64,000 nt of DNA from Eledone cirrhosa (taxonomy: Eukaryota), in assembly GCA_964016885.1 (NCBI GenBank), contig OZ024751.1, positions 29,264,001 through 29,328,000 on the forward strand, in the 5' to 3' direction. The translations under genes and the position numbers were made by a program. Under the pieces are notes generated by a model. The model saw nothing but the letters and a program-made list of their open reading frames with translations. It was not told where the DNA came from and searched no databases. The stretch's first letter is position 1, and every line of letters begins with the position of its first letter. Of the stretch, positions 28,927-42,882 are shown piece after piece.

Positions 28927-29154
28927 TCTGTCTATATATCTATCTGTTTATATATATATCTGTCTATATATCTATCTGTCTATATATATATATGTATATA
29001 TATATATATTGGATGTGTGTTTATGAAAATAATTAGGTATGTGTTGTGCTTAGAATTAAATATTTATATGTATATATGTGTGTGTGTCTGATATGTGTGT
29101 ATGGCGGTGTCTGATATGTGTGCGTGCGTGTCTGATATGTGTATGTATATATAT

Positions 29155-29769
29155 GGTGGCTGCCAACTCGTTTTCGAGTACGGCCACTACTTTATATCCA
29201 TGTAGGAGAACCCCTACCGATGCGCTGAACAAGTGTGACTTCTTAGTCCAGCCAGCGACTTGAAAACTCTGGTACAAACACTACACTTGTGACAATTATT
29301 GACACATAGTGCTGGGCCCATGGTACCATGTGACGACAAGTGCAGAGAGATCTCCAGATATAAAGCAATGCCTGTGCCGTGAAGCTTTTATAGTTTTATA
29401 GCGAGCAAAGGCACTGCACAAAGCCAGTCCCACTCTCTTAACCAAGATGATATTTACCAAAAAGAAGAACAAGTCAACATCATTGGATACCATCAGGGTT
29501 GCAGGTGTTATATCAGTTTTCCTTCTCCTAGAATTCTGCCTTGACAAAGGCTAAGGGGTCATCTCTCCCGGTGATTTTGGATGGCCATTGACTCTTAAGA
29601 GCTCCTTTGCCCTTTGACAGGTTTTGTCTTTAGTCCTGCAGGATGTTCAAATTCACCCTCCTCACCAAGAAACCTTGGTGGGGTTGCCAGTTTAGTCGCC
29701 AACGACCCGACCATGAGACAGGTTATACTGGGGTACATGTTACCAGTAGCACCAACTGGTGACCTGACA
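29155..29769 (-). mobile_element. Probable RTE-type LINE 5'UTR-derived segment
   Basis: GC-richer island between microsatellites; motifs gggtcgttggcgactaaactggcaacc and ctaggagaaggaaaactg recall RTE 5'UTRs. Confidence 0.5.
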
Positions 29770-29789
29770 TATGTATGTATATATATGTG

Positions 29790-29858
<69 letters not shown>

Positions 29859-30254
29859 CTATGCTACTTTATCATAAACATATATAGAAAAGAAATTATT
29901 CTTGTGTGAGCATTAAATGAAAATGAATCAGTAATATACAAGGTTTTTTTAGAAGGTTTTTTTCTGATTCTGCCAAGTTTTTCAAATGCATGCTTATATA
30001 TGTGAAATATATAAACGAGAGAGAGACATAAATATGTGATGCAAGTACATATATTTACATAATATAACTGTGTTTTATATATTTGTTTATCCTTTTACTG
30101 GTTTCAGTCATGAGACTGTGGCCATACTGGGGTAGCTACACCTTAAATGATCATGTCAACAGTATTTCTCTTCTCATGAAAATCTGATATTTGTTTTATT
30201 GATTTACAGGACATAAGCAAACACAGACACAAATGTAAACATAGACACTGCTAC

Positions 30255-30328
<74 letters not shown>

Positions 30329-30446
30329 CAACCTCATTCCTGTTTAACATCTATTTTCCTAGCATCCATGGGTTAGACAACAACCATGGGCTGAGGCTAG
30401 ATCAGTCAGGTGACTAGGTCCGGCTTGTGTGCTTTGTTTTGGCTTG

Positions 30447-30965
30447 ATTTCTACATCTTGATATCTTTCCTAACACCAACCACTTTACAGTGTGTACTGG
30501 GAGCATGGTTTCTACAGCTGGATGCCTTTCCTAACACCAACCACTTTACAGTGTGTACTGGGAGCATGGTTTCTTCTACAGCTGGATGCCTTTCCTAACA
30601 CCAACCACTTTACAGTGTGTACTGGGAGCATGGTTTCTTCTACAGCTTGATATCTTTCCTAACACCAACCACTTTACAGTGTGTACTTGGAGCATGGTTT
30701 CTACAGCTGGATGCCTTTCCTAACACCAACCACTTTACAGTGTGTACTTGGAGCATGGTTTCTACAGCTGGATGCCTTTCCTAACACCCAACCACTTTAC
30801 AGTGTGTACTGGGAGCATGGTTTCTTCTACAGCTGGATGCCTTTCCTAACACCCAACCACTTTACAGTGTGTACTGGGAGCATGGTTTCTACAGCTGGAT
30901 GCTTTTCCTAACACCAACCACTTTATACCAACTACTCTACAGCATGTACTGAGAGCATAGTTTCT
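30447..30965. repeat. About 8 tandem 61-65 bp units derived from the RTE/SINE 3'UTR
   Basis: Unit tttctacagctggatgcctttcctaacaccaaccactttacagtgtgtactgggagcatgg. Confidence 0.92.
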
Positions 30966-30986
30966 ATGTATATATATATATATATC

Positions 30987-31415
30987 TCATCATCATCATC
31001 ATCACCATTTTACGTCCGTTCTTCCATGCTAACATGGGTTAGACGGGTTCTGTTATGGGCAGTGTCCGGTCGGTTTACCTTGCTCATACGGGAACTGATT
31101 CTAGCTTGATTTCTACAGCTGGATGCCCTTCCTAACACCAACCTCATTTACAGTGAGTGCTGGGTGCTTTTTTCCATGGCACCTACACGTCCATTTTACA
31201 GTGAGTGCTGGGTGCTTTCTTGCCGTGGCACCTCCACGACCACTTTGCAGTGGAATGATAGGGACCCCAGTCCCTATCATCTCATTTCTACAGCTGAGTA
31301 AACTGGAGCAATGTGAAATAAAGTGTCTTGCTCAAGGAAACAGCACATCACCCGGTCTAAGAATTGAACTCACAACCTTTCGATTGCAAGCCCAATGCTC
31401 TAACCACTAAGCCAT
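30987..31415 (-). mobile_element. SINE-B with RTE family-1 tail
   Basis: Colinear with 18150-18575. Confidence 0.88.
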
Positions 31416-31449
31416 ATATATATATGTAATATATATATATGTAATATAT

Positions 31450-31620
31450 AATAATTGTTTCTACTTTTGGCACTAGGCCAGTATTTATCCAGGTGGACCC
31501 CGTAAGGATAAAAGGCAAAGTTAACCTCGGCAGGATTTGAACTCAGATCATAAAGGGCCATGACTCTTTACTGTAAAGCATGGCGTCCGACCCTCTACCA
31601 ATACTGCCAATCCACCGCCC

Positions 31621-31653
<33 letters not shown>

Positions 31654-31715
31654 TAATAATTGTTTCTACTTTTGGCACAAGGCCAGCAATAACCCCAGTG
31701 TATTACTGGTACTTT

Positions 31716-31718
<3 letters not shown>
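31450..31718 (-). mobile_element. SINE-A copy plus a 3' fragment
   Basis: Same B box, body and end as the other SINE-A copies. Confidence 0.8.
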
Positions 31719-31746
<28 letters not shown>

Positions 31747-31837
31747 TATATATAGTAGTGAAAACCTGGAGGTTATATCCAAAGTTAGTAGAGCACTGAG
31801 TCCAAAGGATGAGTTTGGTATAGAGGTAGGCTGACCA

Positions 31838-31874
<37 letters not shown>

Positions 31875-32144
31875 AACATTATAATATCACCAAGAGTTCT
31901 ACACGTGGCTGCTCTCTGCTAAATAAGCTAAACTTATCTATGATTGTTCTGTTTGTGTTTATTTTTGTCTATTTACATTGATTTATATCTATGTTTGATT
32001 GAAGTCTATATCAATACATTGATGTGTATGTATGTATATGTATGTATATATGTATGTATGTATTATGTATGAAAGAGAGAGGTGTGAGAGACTGAGATGG
32101 AGACAGACAAGCACAATGCTAGAAAAGAAGACTTATAAAAAATA

Positions 32145-32200
<56 letters not shown>

Positions 32201-32296
32201 TATCATCATCATCACTTTACGTCCGCTTTTTTCCTGCTTGAGAGAAAGAGAGAAACAGAGAGAGAGACAACAGAAATACATACATACATATATATA

Positions 32297-32346
<50 letters not shown>

Positions 32347-32384
32347 TACAATGTATATTCATTTTATTAAGGGTGAATAATGAA

Positions 32385-32434
32385 TCTTGTTACTCTGAAA
32401 TTCCGCCTGTTTATCACAGGGTCATCAGACAAGA
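32385..32434 (-). ncRNA. Hammerhead ribozyme motif, degenerate (GGAA)
   Basis: tcttgt-CTGATGA-ccctgt gataa acaggc-GGAA-tttcagag-TA-acaaga; paralog at about 38526-38550 has aggc-GAAA-ctccagag-TA-acaaga. Confidence 0.65.
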
Positions 32435-32441
32435 ACATACA

Positions 32442-32488
<47 letters not shown>

Positions 32489-34217
32489 TCAAAGAAAGAG
32501 AGGGGGAAGAGAGAGAAAAACTGAGAGAGACAAATAGACAAAGGTTTTAGTTAGTCATTTGGTTAGTACAGTTCCGATAATTACACATGCAAGCTTTGCA
32601 AACAACAGAAATTATTTGCTATAAATACATATTGAATTCTGTATGGTTTTCTCTATGTTGTTTTTTCTATTCTATTACAAAAGCCAAATCTGTATCAAGC
32701 AGTGCATATTATTATATGGTTTCGTTGGAATAGTGATAAACTTTCATCTCCTCATATGCACAAACCTACATACATACACACATACACACATACACACAGA
32801 AACCTACACACATACACACACACACACATTCACACATACACACTTACATTCACACATACACACACATACACTCTTACATTCACACATAGACACACAAACC
32901 TACACAAATACATACACACATACACACAGAAACCTACACACATATTCACACATACACACTTACATTCACACATACACACACATACACACTTACATTCACA
33001 CATAGACACACAAACCTACACAAATACATACACACATACACACAGAAACCTACACACATACATACACACATACACACTTACATTCACACACACACAAACC
33101 TACACAAATACATACACACATACACACACAAACCTACACAAATACATACACACACACACTTACATTCACATATACACACACACACACAAACCTACACAAA
33201 TACATACACACATACACACTTACGTGCATGCACACATACAGACATACACATACACAAACCTATACATACACAAACCTACACACATACATACACACTTATA
33301 TAGATGCACACATACAGATAGACATGCACACACACATACACACTTACAGAGATGCATACATACAGACATGCACACACACATACACACTTACATAGATGCA
33401 CACATACACACACATACAAGCAGTGCATATTGTATGGTTTGGTTGGAATAGTGAAAAAGTTTCATCTTCTCACACGCATATACATATACATACACACAAA
33501 CACATACATACACACATACACACATCAATGCATACATGCACACATACACAAACATACATGCATACACACACACAAGCAGTGCATATTGTATGGTTTGTAT
33601 GATTAGTGAAAAAGTTTCATCTCTTACACACACATATACACATACACACATACACGCATTCACACACCTACACACTCACTCATGCACACACACATATGCA
33701 TAAATGAATACACACACGCATACACAAATACACACACACAGACACTGATAATTTTATGAAAAGGATAACAGTACATTGTATACACTCACCCCTTACATTG
33801 TGTTTCATCTCACGCACACACATACACACACATATATATATAAATTTATGAATGGAATCACTGTACACTCTACAATCCCCACCACCACCATAGATTACCA
33901 TTGAAGCAATCCTTTTGTGGAATGGCTTGTTATATATCTATTTACACCAATAACAATTGCAAGAAAATAGAAAAAGAATTCTAGAATAAAAAATTATTAT
34001 TTTGAACATTTAGTACCAGTAATGTACTGGGGTAATTGCTGGCCGTGTGCCAAAAGTAGAAACAATTATATATGTTAATACATGTTAACCGTGTATGGCA
34101 CCAAACATGTTAACTGTTATTGATCCATGTTGACAGTGAAAATATAATAACATATATAGAGTAATGTAAATGGTAAAAGGTTAACACATATGTACACATA
34201 AAATGTGCATACATGGA

Positions 34218-34410
34218 TCATCATCATCATCATTTTACGTCCACTTTTCCCTGCTTGCAAGGGTGGGACGGGTCTTATTCAGCACAGCATCTCTCCACTT
34301 GTCACAGTCCTTCGTCATCTCCTCCGTGAGCTTCAGCGATCTGAGGTCTGCTCTCACCACCTCCGCCCTTATTTTTCGTGGTCTTCTACTGCGTCTTCCT
34401 TCTACTGGAA
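34218..34410 (-). mobile_element. 3' end of a second RTE family (family 2)
   Basis: VEGRRSRRPRKIRAEVVRADL...KWRDAVLNKTRPT; end CCCGTCCCACCCTTGCAAGCAGGGAAAAGTGGACGTAAAATGATGA. Confidence 0.82.
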
Positions 34411-34650
34411 TATACATAGATATTCATATATGCCTGCATACACATTAAAACACGTATGTGTGATTGTCTAGGTGTTTGATATTGAATCACTTTGGAACCA
34501 ACCAGTCTTTGGTTCTATGAAACCAAAGCAGTCTTTGGTTCTATGAAACAAAATCACCCATTTTAAAGGGTTTATAATTAAATTTAAATATTCTAATATT
34601 ATTTTATATAAGAACCATATTTGAAGTTACTATCTTAGTAATGAAATAAT

Positions 34651-34832
34651 TGTTTCTACGTTAGGCACAAGGCCAGCAATTACCCAGTGCATTACTGGTA
34701 CTTTATTTTATCGACCCCGTAAGGATGAAAGGCAAAGTCAACCTCGGCGGGATTTGAACTCAGATCATAAAGGGACGTAACTATGCTGGAAAGCATGGTG
34801 TTCGACCCTCTACCGATACTGCCAATCCACCG
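34651..34832 (-). mobile_element. Full-length SINE-A with target-site duplication, inside MITE family 2
   Basis: 18-bp direct repeat TCTTAGTAATGAAATAAT at 34633-34650 and 34833-34850. Confidence 0.9.
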
Positions 34833-35360
34833 TCTTAGTAATGAAATAATGAATAGTTTTAGTAAATACTGCAAAATTCTTCATTAAGCCTTTCATTACC
34901 AACCAGGCCCAAACCACCTCTGGTTCTATGGCAAAAAATCACCGATTTTAAAGGATTTCTTTATTGATTAAAATATTCTTTCATAATTTTACGTATAAGA
35001 ACAATATGTTAAGTTTCTGTCTTAGTAATGAAATAATTTAAAAAATTTAGTAAATCCCTCAAATTTGTCATTATTCAATTGAAATAGCATTTATTTCATT
35101 AGAAATATAGCAACAAAGGGTTAAACCTGAAGTTATTTATAAAAGCACCATTTATGGTAAGTCAAGCTTAGCGTTCAGTATGTGGTGGTACATAGGTGGT
35201 CATTAGAACAATCAATAGAATACCTTGTGGTATTTGTTTCATCCCTCTGTAAGCTCTGAGATCAAATCCTGTCATATGGTCAACTTTGGATTTCATCCTT
35301 TCAAGGTAAATAAAGAAATAGCTCCTGTCCTGTCCTGGAGTGGATTTTCCTATCTCTCAC

Positions 35361-35450
<90 letters not shown>

Positions 35451-35951
35451 GAAGGAATTGGCTGCATTCAGATGTGGAACAAGATGTTTCAAAAATGGCC
35501 AAGACATGATGTATGCCACTACATCACTCCTGCAACTCCTACAGGAGTTACAGATCCATACACACACACACACACACACACACACTACACCACACATAGA
35601 CACACTCATACACACATACATAGATACATACATACGTATGAATGTATATGTATGTATGTGGTAGTAAAAATCTAAACAGACACATTTAATTTAGTACCAG
35701 TAATTTACTATGTCAGACAAATCATTGCAATTCTTTGCGGGATTATTATTTCTTTTGGTTATTTTGGTTCTTTTACTGCTGAAAGATAATACAAAATACT
35801 CCACTGAGAACTTTTGGAGGTTTAATGGATTAATACCAAAATATGGCAAATGAAGAAAAAAATGAGGACAGCAAAAAAGAAATAACTATAAAATAAACAT
35901 AAAATATACCCATGTTACTCATATACATATGTATGTGTGTGTATATATATG

Positions 35952-35998
<47 letters not shown>

Positions 35999-36470
35999 GT
36001 GTATGTGTGTGTGTGTATATATATGTATATGTATATATATAAATGTGTATGTATATATGTATATATATGTTTATATGTATATATGTATATGTATATATAT
36101 ATATGTTTATATGTATGTATATATATATGTGTATATATATATACGTACACACACACACATGCAAGCATGGGAAAATGGACATAAAAACGATGAGGATGAT
36201 GATGATATTATATATATATATATATATAATATTATAATATAATATAATATCAATTTCACATATAAATCAATCTTTATTTAAAGAATACTTCAAATTTCCT
36301 TTTTTTTTATTAGATTTTTAATCTTTTTAAAGTCATATTTTTCTTTCTCAATGGCATTTTTTGTCAGATTTATCCTTGTTTGTTATTGAAACATTTTTTT
36401 ATGTATATTATTTTTTTGTTTTGGGTGGTTACATAAAAAAACAGATTGTATTGTATATATATGTATATAC

Positions 36471-36558
<88 letters not shown>

Positions 36559-36724
36559 CAGTACAGATTATAATATATATATATATATATATATTTAAGT
36601 TGAGAATTGTTCTGCAGTGTTAAATTTCTTTGATTAAATTTTACTTTAGAGTTGGTGTCTCCAGCTGATATTCTCATCATCATTATTATTATTATTATAT
36701 GGCCTGGTGCCAAAAGTAGAAGCA

Positions 36725-36767
<43 letters not shown>

Positions 36768-36981
36768 GTAGTAGTAGTAGTAGTAGTCCCCTTGTTGTTA
36801 TAATAATTATCGTTATTATTAGTAGTAGTGTTAGTATTGTTGCTGTTGTATGTATTTTTCTTATTACAATACAAAGACGTACACAAAATGAATTAAATAA
36901 TCACACACAGCTTTATATTTGTGTGTGTATGCGTGTGTGTGTGTGTGTGTGTGTGCATGCTTGTATGGATGGATATGTGCA

Positions 36982-37061
<80 letters not shown>

Positions 37062-37064
37062 CAC

Positions 37065-37131
<67 letters not shown>

Positions 37132-37134
37132 CAC

Positions 37135-37182
<48 letters not shown>

Positions 37183-37475
37183 AAACAATAGCTCAACACA
37201 AATGAATGGTCATCATCATCATCATCATCAGCAACAATACCAAAATGGCTACAATGACAACCATTGATAAGCATGAAAGTATAAAAAAAATATATATACA
37301 TTTGAATGTAAAATATCTTCAAAGTAATTTAATTAAATCATACTGTATGTAACACACAGATACACACACACAAACATGTCCATATATATATATAATATAT
37401 AATATATATATATAAATATATACACAATATGTATATATGTATATGGACATAAAAGAATATATATGTATGGGCATA

Positions 37476-37566
<91 letters not shown>

Positions 37567-38069
37567 CCCATATGCTTTATGAGAATTGCATCAAGATTAT
37601 TACTAAAGTTTGAATAACTGGATGGAAGAGGAATTTGAGTAAGATAAAGCAATTTTATTTTAGCACTTAGTAACTGATTAGCTTAAATCATGGCTGCTCA
37701 GTGGCTTGTATTTGAGAAGTGTCTCAATCTTCTCAGTCTCTGTAATAACAAAATTTCACACACACACACACACATACACATATGTATATCTGTGGTAGAG
37801 ATTGCAGTCAGGCCACCTCTGTAGTAGTTTATATATTGCTGGAACCCAATAGGGATTACTGAACTAAATCTGTTTTAAATATTTTATGTTCATTACATCT
37901 AACGACCTCACCGATTGTTATGTGTCATGTTCTGATGATTAACCCCAGCCATAGAAATAGGTATTGTGTAATTGTGAAACATTAAAGGAATATATTGGAA
38001 TCCGGCCTTCTTGTATTTTCATTGAAATATTTGTACATATATATATATATGTGAATATATATATATATA

Positions 38070-38447
38070 GGAAAAGAGTCAAGATCGAAACTCGGATCTA
38101 CCTGTCGAAACGGCCAGAGCTCAGCCGTCGGGGTCCTGACACTTTTCCTATTACCCACTCTACTATCCTAAGTATCAAGTATGGAGTACTCTGGTGTGTT
38201 ATGGTCCACCTGGTATCTTACCACACCTTCTTTGTTGTTTATATATATATAGGAACCAGTAAGACCCCGACGGCTGAGCTCAAGCCGTTTCGACATACAC
38301 ACACACACATACAGAATTAGCCGTCGAAACGGCTTGAGCTCAGCCGTCGGGGTCTTACTGGTTCCTATTACCCACTCTACTACCCTAAGTATTGAGTACT
38401 TTGGTGCGTTATGGTCCACCTGGTTCCTTACCACATTTCCTTCGTTA
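38070..38447 (+). mobile_element. Two copies plus an inverted partial copy of a (TA)n-bounded repeat carrying an HHR 3' half
   Basis: cGAAAcggc-loop-gccgTC-ggggtc at about 38106 and 38325; inverted copy 38250-38294. Confidence 0.6.
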
Positions 38448-38466
38448 TATATATATATATATATGT

Positions 38467-38634
38467 ATATTCATTTTATTAAGGGTAAATAGTTTTGTTA
38501 TTCTGGAGTTTCAGCTGTTTATAAAAGGCGAAACTCCAGAGTAACAAGACTCACTATTTAGCCTTAATAAAATGAATATCAAAATTCTACTTCAGTACTG
38601 AATACTCTTTTCTCTCAGCCATCAACTATGAAGC

Positions 38635-38635
<1 letters not shown>
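38467..38635 (+). mobile_element. Fold-back pLTR-like fragment of the 32.4 kb HHR family
   Basis: Imperfect palindrome atattcattttattaagg...ccttaataaaatgaatat plus a tail of about 55 bp, (TA)n flanks. Confidence 0.65.
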
Positions 38636-38710
<75 letters not shown>

Positions 38711-39612
38711 TCATATGTCAGATCGATCCAAGGAAACTATGTTTGCATTGGTCATTCCATTGCTGATTCTATCTGTGTTACATGTAAACACACACAGAGT
38801 GGAATTCATAGTTGTTTGTTAATTAGGTCTATACATACAGACATTACATACATACATACAGGCATGTCTACGTACATACACAGACGCATATATACATACA
38901 TATGCATACACATATATGCATATATATATATATACATACACATATGCATGATTAGTCATGCACATATATACATTTGCACACATACATGAACACTTAAATG
39001 CACACACACACATACATGCATACACACACATACACATATATACATACATACACATATGTATGATTACTCATGCACATATATACACACACACGCATACATA
39101 CACACTTACACACACACATACATACGTACACAGATACAGACGTACATATACATATACATACATACACACTTACACACACACATACGTACACAGATACATA
39201 CATACACACTTACACACACACATACGTACAGAGATACATCATACATACACATATACATACATACACCCTTACCCATACACACAGACACTCTTGTGTTTAA
39301 CAGCAAACATCAGAAGAGTAATAATGTCCGATATGTTTGATAGTAACTGTGTTGATCTCCACAGTAGAAGCTACGTATGTAACTACTTATAACTAATCAG
39401 TGGTGAAGGCCACCATAAATAGATGAGATCTTACATAAGACTTCATCAAGAAATTACTATTTCATTTAGTATATAAATAGCTGAGTTAATCAATGTTCAC
39501 AGCGAAGATGTTCTTCTATTGGTATCACTAAAACTGTTAAACTGTTCTGTTATCTTACAGCATACAGCTTGAGATAGGATTTTTTGTAAAGCCTACTGAT
39601 GAAGCATGTATT

Positions 39613-39661
<49 letters not shown>

Positions 39662-39666
<5 letters not shown>

Positions 39667-40146
39667 ATAATAATAAATTAGAAGACTAAAATCCAAAGAG
39701 GGCTCGATAAGGATAAATATATATCAAATATATAAGAACCTAGAGTAAATATTTATTAAAATAACAGATTAAAGTTTAAGCAAAGAATCGCTGCTTTCAC
39801 CCTTAACGGGTTCTTCTGAAACTAACAAAGTCAATCTGTAAACGCAGAAGTGGATATTTCAAAAAACGTTGCAACTACGACTTCTTTTATACCATAAACG
39901 TGGTTCTGTCTTTGTGTGTAATTGTTTTTCACCGCTCCAAATAATGACGTATTATATTCATTTTTTCCCGTTCTTTGCCAGGGAACGTTTCCATGAACCA
40001 AAATATCGTCTTCTTGTCTTCCTCCGGTTGCAATGTTTTTGAAATATCCACTTCTGCTTTTACAGATTGACTTTGTTAGTTTCAGAAGATCCCGTTAAGG
40101 GTGAAAGCAGCGATTCGTTGCTTAAACTTTAATCTGTTATTTTAAT
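39662..40146 (-). mobile_element. (TA)n-bounded element with about 120-bp inverted arms and a one-sided tail
   Basis: Arms about 39756-39875 and 40027-40146; tail 39662-39755 shared with the 23.9 and 41.5 kb copies. Confidence 0.75.
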
Positions 40147-40210
40147 ATATATATATATATATATAATTCAATATATTAATAAATGGAAACTATATTTATA
40201 AAACCATAAT

Positions 40211-40275
40211 TATTTTATTATATATATTTCAAGGACAACCAAGGCATTCCTGGTGCGCTTTCATCAGATAAAATA
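40211..40275 (-). ncRNA. Type I hammerhead ribozyme motif, family A, canonical
   Basis: tattttat-CTGATGA-aagcgcaccagg aatg ccttggttgtcctt-GAAA-tatata-TA-ataaaata (8-bp perfect stem I). Confidence 0.85.
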
Positions 40276-40631
40276 CAAGATTTGTTTTATAAATAATTGA
40301 CAATTTCATACAATTGAAACAGTCATAGTACTGTAGAAGTCATCTGTATCATCTTCATCATCATCATCACCATTTTACGTCCATTCTTCCACGTTAGCAT
40401 GGGTTAGACGGGTTTTCTTCTTTTGAGCAATGCCAGGTCAGGTGACCTTGTCTTGCTCATACGGGAACTGATTTTGGTTATCACCATTTAACATCAATTT
40501 TTCCATACTAGCATGGGTTAGACGAGTATATGTATATATATAGAGATTTTCTGCTATTTCAAGCATTAACCTAATATATCTCTCCCATATACTGTACTGA
40601 TTGTGCTGTTATTTCCGTTTACCTTTTTCAT

Positions 40632-40703
<72 letters not shown>

Positions 40704-40931
40704 ATTTTTGCTTCTGTATCTGTTGTATCTTCATAGTTAATTTATCTGGCAATCAATGTTTATCATTGATTGACCAGCAGGTAAAAATACAGATATTTAT
40801 TTACATATATATATATATATAGTCTCTCAAAGTTCTTTCGTCACACATCTGTGGCATCATCATGTTTCCTCCACTGTGAGTGTGTTTTATTATTATTTCT
40901 GGCAATGTGTATATATACATATATATATATA

Positions 40932-41433
40932 CAGGGTGCGGATGATATTTGTCCGTAAGATTACTGTCTAAGGAAAAATAACACAGTAGTTTTATTCTTT
41001 AAGATATATTTATCAAACTTGGGTCAGTTTGTCTTCAATACTTGTTCTTTTGATCTCACTCAATAAACCCGCCATTGGATTTGATGACGTTCTGAAGGCG
41101 TCAGATCGTCGATCATGTGTTTTCCTCTCTGATGTTGCTTCGTAGTCGAATCCTGAATCTTCCAATTCCTTTCTGACCTTTTCCACCATTCTCCTGCTGA
41201 TGCTGAGAAAGTCTGAAATTTCCTTATTTGTCCTCCCGACGTGGATTCCAAGAAGAACTCCGTGTCTCTTCCACAAATTTGGAGGTTCAAAATTATTCAT
41301 AATCAATTATTCTGAAAATAAATAATGGAAATATAGTCACTGTTTTTATGAAGACAAGAGTGACAACGGAAGTAAAAAAAATTTGCATAAAATTAGCAGT
41401 TGAAAATTGCGAACAAATATCGTCCACACCCTG
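40932..41433 (-). mobile_element. Internally deleted Tc1/mariner element (502 bp)
   Basis: 27-bp TIR CAGGGTG(C/T)GGA(T/C)GATATTTGT(C/T)CG(T/C)AA, TA flanks; N-terminal HTH (RTNKEISDFLSISRRMVEKVRK) joined out of frame to the C-terminal RLQNVIKSNGGFIE* (41056-41100). Confidence 0.9.
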
Positions 41434-41451
41434 TATATATATATATATATA

Positions 41452-41613
41452 TAGTAATAATAATAAATTTGAAGACTAAAATCCAAAGAGGGTTTGATAA
41501 GGATAAATATATATCAGATATATAAGAACCGTAGAGCAAATATTTGAAACTCAGAAGATCCCGTTAAGGGTGAAAGCAGCGATTCTTTGCTTAAACTCTA
41601 ATCTGTTATTTTA

Positions 41614-41620
<7 letters not shown>
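41452..41620. mobile_element. Third copy of the 23.8/39.7 kb family, with inversion
   Basis: Tail segment followed by inverted cagaagatcccgttaagggtgaaagcagc...aataaa, (TA)n flanks. Confidence 0.72.
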
Positions 41621-41685
<65 letters not shown>

Positions 41686-41975
41686 CCTATGTATACAAAT
41701 GTGCATATAAATGCAAGGATTATATATTTTTTAAATCATAGACTACAGAAAGAAAATGTTACACATTTTTCTATGTGTCTTTATACACAAGATCACACAC
41801 ACAGATGCACTGTAAATGATGTGTGTGAGTATGTGTGTCTGTGCAGACATTCTTGTGTATATATGTATATACTAATAATGTATATGATATATAATGCAAA
41901 TGATGTGTGTGTGAATATATATATATCATCATCATCATGTAACATCTATTTTAAATGATGCTGAAGATATATGTA

Positions 41976-42015
<40 letters not shown>

Positions 42016-42662
42016 ATGTTTTTATATATGTGTATAAATGAATATATATATATAACATCTTTATATATGTATATAAATGAATATATATATATATATTCTG
42101 GAGCCATCATGTCTAGGAAAATGAAAACTTCTCTGTAAGAAAAAATGACTTAGCAAATGTATCTTCAAAATGTTGATGAATTCCAGGACAATATTTTGAC
42201 GGATACAACAAGTTCAGTTTCAGCCACTGGTGTATTCTAGAAGAGAGTGAGGGCTTAGGGTGGTAGTGGGGTGTGTGTTTGTGGCTCATTTCACTCTTCT
42301 TACATTTATATTATCCATTGTTAATGTTCCTTGATAACATCATAACACTGGCAATGTTGCCTTTACGGTATGTCTGTCTTTATAGTTTCCATAAATTTGG
42401 TATGTCTATCTTTATAGATACTTCCCATTCTTAGGAGATGTGCGCAAATTTATTGGTTCATGTCTGTGTTTGTAATTTGCCTCTCCTCTCCTCATGGTTT
42501 GTCTTGTGTTGGTTGGGATAGAGTGGAGTATTATGCAGGAATTTTGTGAAAATATATAGACTGCCCAAGCTAGTATGGAAGTTAGACATTAAACAATGAT
42601 AATGATAATGATGATGATGATGATGATGATTGATGATAGATGAAAGTTATTAAGTATGTTAA

Positions 42663-42882
42663 CTCTTAGCATTTAAACTGACTGTATCTAGTCAGAATTC
42701 TCTCACCTCTTTCTGTTCAAACCGGCTGTAACTGGCCACTCATACTGATGTTAAGGTATTATTCTCAAAATAAATAATATCAAAATCTCATAGATTCAAT
42801 ATTATGTGAGATGATTATGTGAAATAAAGCCTTTACTGTGAAAATACAGTAGTAAATATCAAGTAATATAAATGCTAAAGAG
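42663..42882 (-). mobile_element. piggyBac-like MITE family 1
   Basis: TTAA flanks; ends CTCTTAGCATTTA / TAAATGCTAAAGAG. Confidence 0.75.

Noticed and set aside
27086-30965. CRISPR-like appearance of the 34-bp and 61-bp arrays
   Set aside because: Head-to-tail repeats without unique spacers, no cas genes, eukaryotic context
37925-37995. CTGATGA...GAAA hammerhead candidate
   Set aside because: Stems I and II do not pair convincingly; likewise 39596 (5' half only) and 7400-7505
42113-42240. Short ORFs after AG (ENENFSVRK..., QMYLQNVDEF...)
   Set aside because: Weak acceptors, chance-level length, no corroboration
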